Position numbers and translations under genes: made by a program. DNA of 64,000 bases from Bacteroidia bacterium (GTDB taxonomy: Bacteria; Bacteroidota; Bacteroidia; NS11-12g; UBA955): positions 27,633 to 91,632 of the forward strand of contig JBIKKI010000001.1 of the NCBI GenBank assembly GCA_044360435.1, in the 5' to 3' direction. This document shows, piece after piece, positions 57,796 through 64,000 of this stretch. Every line of letters begins with the position of its first letter. Positions within the stretch are counted from its first letter, which is position 1. The notes beneath the pieces are model-generated. The model saw nothing but the letters and a program-made list of their open reading frames with translations, searched no databases and was not told where the DNA came from.

Positions 57796-59835
57796 ATGAA
57801 CGATCAACAACAACCAAAACCCCAGGAGCGCAAACCGCGCTTTAATCCCAATTGGATTTATGCCTTGGTGATTCTTGCCTTCATCATCATCAACTTTTTT
57901 CCCAAAGAACATGGCAAGCCAAGCTCCTGGAACGATGTAAAACGCATGGTGCTGAGTGAAGAAGTAGAAAAAATGGTGGTGTGGAATGAAAGTGAGGTTG
58001 AAGTATTCCTCACCAGCGAGGCGCTGGATAAAGAAGAACACAAAAAGTTAAAAGGCAATGCCGATGCGTTCGGCAGCGATGTTCCGCAGTATTATTTCGA
58101 AACAGAGATTGATTATTTCAACAGGGAACTTGAAGCGCTCAAAGGGGAGTTGAAAGCAAAGAACATCAACCCAGACCTGGCGCTGAAGCTGGAGTTTAAA
58201 ACCCGTGCCGATTATACCGGGCAGATTCTGAACTGGTTGTTCTTCATACTCATTTTCGTTGGTTTCTGGATGTTGGTGATGCGTCGGATGGGTGGTAACT
58301 CTGGCGGTTCAGGCCCTAACATCTTCAACATAGGCCGTGCACGCGCCCAGTTGTACGATAAAGATACAAAGGTGAATGTAACCTTCAAGGACGTAGCCGG
58401 ACTTCAGGAGGCTAAAATGGAGGTGATGGAAGTCGTTGACTTTCTGAAGAACCCCAAAAAATACACCAACCTGGGCGGCAAAATTCCGAAAGGGGTATTG
58501 CTGGTGGGCCCTCCCGGTACAGGAAAAACCTTGCTGGCCAAGGCGGTTGCCGGTGAAGCAGGAGTTCCTTTCTTTTCGTTGTCGGGTTCTGATTTCGTAG
58601 AAATGTTTGTGGGTGTGGGAGCAAGCCGGGTTCGTGATTTATTCAAACAAGCTAAAGAGAAGGCGCCCTGCATTATTTTCATCGATGAAATTGACGCCAT
58701 CGGCCGCGCCCGTGGTAAAAACCTGGTGCAAAGCAGCAATGACGAACGCGAAAGCACCCTGAACCAATTGCTCGCCGAAATGGATGGCTTTGGAACAGAC
58801 AGTGGTGTGATTTTGATGGCGGCTACCAACAGACCCGATATTCTTGATTCTGCACTGTTGCGCCCCGGCCGTTTTGACAGACAGATTTCCGTGGACAAGC
58901 CAGATCTCATTGGCAGGGAGCAGATTTTCAAAGTACACCTGAAGCCGCTTACGAAGCTTGCGGCTGATGTGGAAGCGAAAAAGCTTGCAGCCCAAACACC
59001 GGGTTTTGCAGGTGCAGAAATTGCCAACGTGTGCAATGAGGCCGCGCTGATTGCCGCCAGAAAAGGGAAAGAATCCGTGGAAATGCAAGATTTTCAGGAT
59101 GCCATCGACCGCGTGATTGGTGGTTTGGAAAAGAAGAACAAGTTGATTTCTCCGGAGGAAAAGGAAATTGTGGCCTACCACGAAGCAGGACATGCCGTTG
59201 CCGGTTGGTTCCTGGAATTTGCAGATCCGCTGGTGAAGGTTTCCATCGTTCCACGCGGAGTGGCCGCATTGGGATACGCACAATACCTTCCCAAAGAACA
59301 ATACCTCTACCGCACCGAGCAGTTGATTGACTCTATGTGTATGACCTTGGGTGGCCGCGCTGCGGAAGAAGTGTTTTTCAATAAAGTAAGCACCGGCGCC
59401 CAAAACGACTTGGAGCGTGTAACGAAACTGGCATACAGCATGGTTACCGTGTACGGAATGAGTACGAAGGTGGGCAACCTGAGCTTCTACGATGCACAGG
59501 GTGAATATGGATATCAAAAACCCTACAGCGAGAAAACTGCCGAACTCATTGATCAGGAGGTGCGCGAGTTGGTAGATCAGGCATATACCCGCACCAAAGG
59601 CCTGCTGCTGGAACACAAACAGCACACAGAAGCACTCGCTCAGGAATTATTAAAGAAAGAGGTGCTGTTCCAGTCTGATTTGGAACAACTAATCGGCAAG
59701 CGCCCATTCAACACCAAAACCACCTACGAGGAGTTCATCAACAGCGGCACTGAAGAACAAGGCACTTCAGAAACAACACCTGCGCCAGAGACGCAGCAAC
59801 CTGAAGCATCTGCTGAAGCACCGTCAGAATCCTAA
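57796..59835 (+). CDS. ftsH: ATP-dependent zinc metalloprotease FtsH
   Basis: Two N-terminal TM helices, AAA Walker A (GPPGTGKT), SRH, and the HEAGHA zinc motif. The ORF-track start at 57745 is upstream of the likely MNDQQQ start. Confidence 0.95.
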   Translation: MNDQQQPKPQERKPRFNPNWIYALVILAFIIINFFPKEHGKPSSWNDVKRMVLSEEVEKMVVWNESEVEVFLTSEALDKEEHKKLKGNADAFGSDVPQYYFETEIDYFNRELEALKGELKAKNINPDLALKLEFKTRADYTGQILNWLFFILIFVGFWMLVMRRMGGNSGGSGPNIFNIGRARAQLYDKDTKVNVTFKDVAGLQEAKMEVMEVVDFLKNPKKYTNLGGKIPKGVLLVGPPGTGKTLLAKAVAGEAGVPFFSLSGSDFVEMFVGVGASRVRDLFKQAKEKAPCIIFIDEIDAIGRARGKNLVQSSNDERESTLNQLLAEMDGFGTDSGVILMAATNRPDILDSALLRPGRFDRQISVDKPDLIGREQIFKVHLKPLTKLAADVEAKKLAAQTPGFAGAEIANVCNEAALIAARKGKESVEMQDFQDAIDRVIGGLEKKNKLISPEEKEIVAYHEAGHAVAGWFLEFADPLVKVSIVPRGVAALGYAQYLPKEQYLYRTEQLIDSMCMTLGGRAAEEVFFNKVSTGAQNDLERVTKLAYSMVTVYGMSTKVGNLSFYDAQGEYGYQKPYSEKTAELIDQEVRELVDQAYTRTKGLLLEHKQHTEALAQELLKKEVLFQSDLEQLIGKRPFNTKTTYEEFINSGTEEQGTSETTPAPETQQPEASAEAPSES

Positions 59836-59842
59836 GCGCAGC

Positions 59843-61201
59843 TTATAAATCCCAAATGAGGAGCAGCGTCGCGCCGGCTCCACCTAGTTTACCGGGGAAC
59901 AGCAAACCCTCAACACTGTTGATGTCCATGCGCACGCGAAGGTTTTTAATGGTGCACGAAACAAAGGCGCGCACATCGAAAGCATGAACGCCTCCGTATG
60001 CAAGTTGAGAACCGTAATAAAACCGCCCCTTATATTTTCCATACCCAAAGCTGACCCTGGGAATAAACCCGGGATAAGCACGGTACACCAGGTTTCCAAA
60101 GATGTGTCGCCCATTACTCAGGTAAACACCTTTGGAGAAACTGAACAACGCCGGGAGGGATACCAATGAATTCAGACCGGAACGGCGCGGATTCATGCGG
60201 TTCAGCAAGGTGTCAAAATAGTTGCTGAATGAAGCGTTGCTGTCGATGCCATATGGTGTGAACGGCACCTCCCATCCATTAATCCCGAAGGCAGAGTCTT
60301 TGGTATAAGAAGCACCCGCAGCGCCTAAGGAAACCAGGCCCAAGTCAGAAACAGAAACGCGCCAATAATGTGATTGTTCGTTTTTCCCTTTCATTCCACC
60401 AAACTGAAGGTTGATGGAAGCGCCGTGGCTGAGCGGATAAAACCCAAGGTCGTTTTTGTCCTTACGCGTAACATCAAGTTGGTAAGACAGGTTCAGGCTG
60501 TCGCCAAGGGCGGAAGTGAACAGATGCGCACGCGGCATGGAGAGACGGGTGTATTCGCGCATAAACACCCAGGACGCTCCGGCTTCAAACCAATAGTTTC
60601 CTTTTCCCGCAGGCTTTATTGTTTTTATGTAGCTGGCACCCAGTTGATTCCAGGACATGCTGTTCAGGCTGAGTTGCTCACTCCGCATGGTGGTGCCGGC
60701 AAAAGGTGCGTTGCCGCGAAAAACCAGATTAAAAGCATCTTGGTTGAAGCTTGCCCCAACCAGGTTTGTGTACTTATAATCCAGCGACCAGTATCCTGTT
60801 TTGGAGGGAAAAACGCTATGCGCCTGATCATTAAAACACACCTGAATCGAGTTTTCTCCCTGAATGGAAGCCACCCCTGATCCAATACGGTCAGCCGTTT
60901 TACCAATCATATTGTTGTTTAGCGTTCCGCCCTGCACACGAAATAACGCGCCTGCAGGCACCTTGCTGCTGTAATACATGGCCTGTGTGGTGATTTCGAG
61001 GTTGCTCGGAAGCACATATTTCGTAATTACCTGAGTAGGACGGTGTATCCTGTCCAAAGGTGTGTTTTGTGCGGAAAGTACAAGATTGCTGTCGCGCTCT
61101 TCTTGAAGCTTACTGCTGTCCAATGGGGTGTTTTGTGCGGAAAGTACAAGGGCAATGCTTATTGCCGGAAAGAGCAACAGCGCTTTTTTAGTCAGAAACA
61201 T
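59843..61201 (-). CDS. Hypothetical outer-membrane protein (probable beta-barrel) with an N-terminal tandem duplication
   Basis: 452 aa with a signal peptide and G/S/Y/N-rich alternating composition. Its start overlaps or abuts the upstream lipoprotein gene. Confidence 0.5.
   Translation of the reverse strand: MFLTKKALLLFPAISIALVLSAQNTPLDSSKLQEERDSNLVLSAQNTPLDRIHRPTQVITKYVLPSNLEITTQAMYYSSKVPAGALFRVQGGTLNNNMIGKTADRIGSGVASIQGENSIQVCFNDQAHSVFPSKTGYWSLDYKYTNLVGASFNQDAFNLVFRGNAPFAGTTMRSEQLSLNSMSWNQLGASYIKTIKPAGKGNYWFEAGASWVFMREYTRLSMPRAHLFTSALGDSLNLSYQLDVTRKDKNDLGFYPLSHGASINLQFGGMKGKNEQSHYWRVSVSDLGLVSLGAAGASYTKDSAFGINGWEVPFTPYGIDSNASFSNYFDTLLNRMNPRRSGLNSLVSLPALFSFSKGVYLSNGRHIFGNLVYRAYPGFIPRVSFGYGKYKGRFYYGSQLAYGGVHAFDVRAFVSCTIKNLRVRMDINSVEGLLFPGKLGGAGATLLLIWDL
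61059..61150. repeat. 66-bp tandem duplication in the N-terminal coding region of the outer-membrane protein gene
   Basis: GG(T/G)GTGTTTTGTGCGGAAAGTACAAG occurs at 61059-61084 and 61125-61150. It encodes a duplicated LVLSAQNTPLD segment. Confidence 0.8.
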
Positions 61202-61207
61202 GCTGCG

Positions 61208-63256
61208 TTAAAAGGAATTAGCAATGGTTACTTGACCCACCAGGCGAAGTTTTAGCCTGTAGAAGGAGTACAATTTTCTGTAGTCGGAACCCTCTGTGTT
61301 CAGGCGCGGCACAAACACGATGTAGCGCGCCCCGCGGAGGTTTACCATACCTGTTTCAGACACCGGTGCCAGCAGTGTTGCCGCGGAACGGGCAATCACC
61401 GCGCCATTGGCCTGATTCACGGTCGAAGCAGGAATCTGTGCCTCAGGAACGATGCTGTCCAAAACAAAACGATTGGCATCCAACAAATAGGCTTTCATGC
61501 TGATGCTCACCGGGTAATCGTTCTCGGCGTAAATTTTCAACACGGCACTTTTTGCCTGTTCTATTCCCTTAATCGCGCCAAGGTTTAGCACCTGTGTATC
61601 CCGGAAATACACACCGGGAGATTTGAAACTGATCGGCATGGAAGCATCCAGGTACACGTTCAGAGGTTTGTCGTGGTATAAGAAATCCTTCCAACGGGTG
61701 GTATTACCATTGGGATTCATCTGCAGGTTCAGGTCGTAGGCAAGCTGGTTGGGCAGGTTGCCAATGAAACTGCGCACGTTGGAATTACTGGTGTTTAAAA
61801 TGTAGGAAGTTTCCCAAGGCGCCCAAGGCTGGAAGGTGGCGGCGTTGATGTCTGTGTTCACGCCGAGCAGGGTAGGAGCGACCAAGGGAATGGAGGTGTT
61901 GTTCAGGGAGTTCTGGCTTTCCAGACTTTTGATCAGCACACGTCCCTGGGCGCCAACGCCGTTGGAAACGCGCACGCGCAAAGACACATTTTCCGGTTCC
62001 AGACTGCCGCCAATACCTTTAAACAGATCCACAAGCTGAACACCGTTGATTTGCTCGTTCGACTGGCCGAAGTACCCAATCGCCCATTCGGGTTCAACAC
62101 CCACAATGCCGTATTCCACACGCACGCTGTCGTCGAGCGAAACGTTTACCTTCCGCCCACTGCTGTCCAGGTTCACAATGACAATCTGGTGGAAGGTGTT
62201 TACCGTATCGGTAACAGAAGGGTTTTTACCGCGGTAATCAACCACGTAGCCATTCATGTCCACATCTTCCACATATTTTTTTGTTTCTCCCGGAACAGCG
62301 GCGGGCACCTTGATGATGCGTTCAACACTTTGTCCATTCTTCACCACATTGGGGAGGCGGAAGGTCATGGTCAGGTTTTCCTGAATGGTGGTAGAAATGC
62401 GGATGCGCAGGGTTCCTTTTCTGGCCTGAACAAACTTGAGCTCAGGTCCGCCCATTTCCATACTGGTTCCTTCATCCTGGTACAGCACATTTTGACTGGG
62501 GAATGCAGCTGTTGCGGCTCTGGGTTTGAGTCCATTCACCGTGAGGTTCAACTGAACGCCTTTAAATGCATCAACCACCACAGGTCCGCTGCTGGCGTCG
62601 GTTTTCAGTGTTTTTATCTGCGCAGTAAGTGTTTTGTAAACAGTTTTACCGGACAGCGATGTTCTGGAGTTTTGCCGGGAATTAGGGGCCAGGTTGTAGA
62701 AGGTTTGGGTGCTGACAACAGAGTTGTCGGTTTTGTTCCGAAGCTCAAAAGTCACTTCAGAAAGATTGACCGGAAGCTCATTGAAAATCTCCATGGTCAG
62801 CCAGCCACTGTCGAGCGTGGCGTATTCGAAGAAGGCACTGGCGTCAAGATCTACCGGGTTGAGGTTGGTGAGGTTTTGTGCCGGAATCACCTGCGTGCTG
62901 CCGTGTGCCAGAATGAATGCAGGATTGATTTCAGCAAGCGTAACCCTGCGCGAGATGCTCTGGTCATTCAGGCGCAGGGTTTTCAGTGTGAAGTATCGGG
63001 TAACAACCGTATCGGGTATTTTGATTCCGTCCAGACGGTTGCTGGTATAAACGAGTTGGTTGTATTCCAGCGCATAACTGCTGTCGCCGGCCTTGTTAAG
63101 CAGGTTTCCTGTGTACAGTTGGTCAAGGGCGATGTCTGCACGGGCTATGGGTGCAAGGTATTCAGCATCCCAATAGGTGGAATCATTTTTCCTGCAGGCA
63201 CCGAGTGTCAGGACAAGACAAGCAGACAGGAATACGCGGGAGTAGGAGCACATCAT
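61208..63256 (-). CDS. Hypothetical large lipoprotein (682 aa)
   Basis: Lipobox LTLGAC and T/N/S-rich beta-type composition. It is probably co-transcribed with the downstream outer-membrane protein gene. Confidence 0.5.
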   Translation of the reverse strand: MMCSYSRVFLSACLVLTLGACRKNDSTYWDAEYLAPIARADIALDQLYTGNLLNKAGDSSYALEYNQLVYTSNRLDGIKIPDTVVTRYFTLKTLRLNDQSISRRVTLAEINPAFILAHGSTQVIPAQNLTNLNPVDLDASAFFEYATLDSGWLTMEIFNELPVNLSEVTFELRNKTDNSVVSTQTFYNLAPNSRQNSRTSLSGKTVYKTLTAQIKTLKTDASSGPVVVDAFKGVQLNLTVNGLKPRAATAAFPSQNVLYQDEGTSMEMGGPELKFVQARKGTLRIRISTTIQENLTMTFRLPNVVKNGQSVERIIKVPAAVPGETKKYVEDVDMNGYVVDYRGKNPSVTDTVNTFHQIVIVNLDSSGRKVNVSLDDSVRVEYGIVGVEPEWAIGYFGQSNEQINGVQLVDLFKGIGGSLEPENVSLRVRVSNGVGAQGRVLIKSLESQNSLNNTSIPLVAPTLLGVNTDINAATFQPWAPWETSYILNTSNSNVRSFIGNLPNQLAYDLNLQMNPNGNTTRWKDFLYHDKPLNVYLDASMPISFKSPGVYFRDTQVLNLGAIKGIEQAKSAVLKIYAENDYPVSISMKAYLLDANRFVLDSIVPEAQIPASTVNQANGAVIARSAATLLAPVSETGMVNLRGARYIVFVPRLNTEGSDYRKLYSFYRLKLRLVGQVTIANSF

Positions 63257-63290
63257 GTTATAGGTACACCACCAGGGTGTTGGATTCTGT

Positions 63291-64000
63291 TCAGGAATGA
63301 GCCAACTGCAGGTCTTTACCGGACCCGAGCTGGCGCATCAAACGCAGGTGTGAGAAGAAGGCCTCACGGAAGGTGGGATATTCCAGGTATGGAACATTGT
63401 ATTTGGCCGCAACCTGTTGTACAATTTTACGCACATCCGGATAATGCACGTGGCTGATTTGCGGGAACAAATGGTGTTCTACCTGAAAGTTCAGGCCGCC
63501 TGTAAACCAAGTCCAAAATGCAGAGTTGGGAGCAAAGTTCGCAGTGGTAGCCATTTGGTGTACAGCCCACTCCTGAGGAATGCGTGTGCGCACATCCATA
63601 TTGGCTTCTACAAAGTGTGTTTTTTCTACCACGTGGGCCATCTGGAACACACAACTCAGAATGATTCCGAGGGTAATATGCAGCGAGAAGAAGCAAAGAA
63701 CGCCAGCGCCAACACCCAGGAAATAGATGGGAAGTCCGAGGTATACAACTGTGTACATCAATTTGGTTACCCAGAAAATCACATGTTCATGGACAGGGAT
63801 TTTTGGAAGATCTGTGGTGTATACGCGGCGCTTGAAGTACTTTTCAAAATCAGCAACATACATCCAGAACACAGAACTGATGGCATATAAACCCATCATA
63901 TACACATGTTGGAATTTGTGTGCAGGTTTCCAGGGTTGGCTGGGACAATGACGCAATGCCGGAATTTTGGCGATGTCGTCATCAACACCATCTACATTGG
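63291..64000 (-). CDS. Membrane fatty-acid desaturase (front-end / delta-6-like type), 5' end outside the window
   Basis: Third His box QVEHHLFP, which has Q in place of the first H, is typical of front-end desaturases. The reading frame continues past 63956 to the window edge (...NVDGVDDDIAKIPA... matches the box-2 context). The ORF-track start is only an in-frame TTG. Confidence 0.75.
   Translation of the reverse strand, partial: NVDGVDDDIAKIPALRHCPSQPWKPAHKFQHVYMMGLYAISSVFWMYVADFEKYFKRRVYTTDLPKIPVHEHVIFWVTKLMYTVVYLGLPIYFLGVGAGVLCFFSLHITLGIILSCVFQMAHVVEKTHFVEANMDVRTRIPQEWAVHQMATTANFAPNSAFWTWFTGGLNFQVEHHLFPQISHVHYPDVRKIVQQVAAKYNVPYLEYPTFREAFFSHLRLMRQLGSGKDLQLAHS

Noticed and set aside
57670-58041. 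123-aa minus-strand ORF overlapping the ftsH 5' end
   Set aside because: It overlaps the conserved FtsH N-terminal transmembrane region on the opposite strand and has no motifs, so it is a spurious ORF.

Overview
This 64-kb window looks like an ordinary, gene-dense chromosomal region, most likely from a Bacteroidota genome (Chitinophagia/Sphingobacteriia-like). The phylum call rests on a T9SS type-B C-terminal sorting domain, a PorV/PorQ-like barrel, a CarboxypepD_reg-type TonB-dependent receptor, several Bacteroidota-typical DUF proteins, start-stop overlaps and no Shine-Dalgarno reliance. I found no rRNA, tRNA, CRISPR array, transposase or integrase. About 55 protein genes are supported. 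Housekeeping genes include pyruvate/2-oxoacid dehydrogenase E2, thyA, carB, rmuC, hflX, dusB, cdsA, methylmalonyl-CoA epimerase, ybeY, mnmG, pheS, prfA (RF1), purQ, aroQ, leuS, iscSUA and ftsH. Accessory or unusual genes are interleaved among them. The most interesting structure is a same-strand, tightly packed five-gene array at 27.7-31.6 kb. It runs 3-hydroxyanthranilate 3,4-dioxygenase, a small 2TM membrane protein, a strikingly animal-like ACMSD decarboxylase, a LytS-type histidine kinase and a LytTR response regulator, and ends at a near-perfect palindromic terminator. Second is a 97-aa stand-alone SSB/PriB-like OB-fold ORF sitting next to a pair of overlapping 12-bp perfect palindromes. 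Other notable items are a 3.3-copy 138-bp in-frame tandem repeat in the disordered N-terminus of a pseudouridine synthase, a 66-bp N-terminal duplication in an outer-membrane protein, a GT4-CapA-DUF3050 cluster, a lipoprotein::YqaE/Pmp3 fusion, and a low-GC stretch of surface-protein genes flanking a 387-bp AT-rich non-coding region. All family assignments are from reading motifs by eye. No searches were run.
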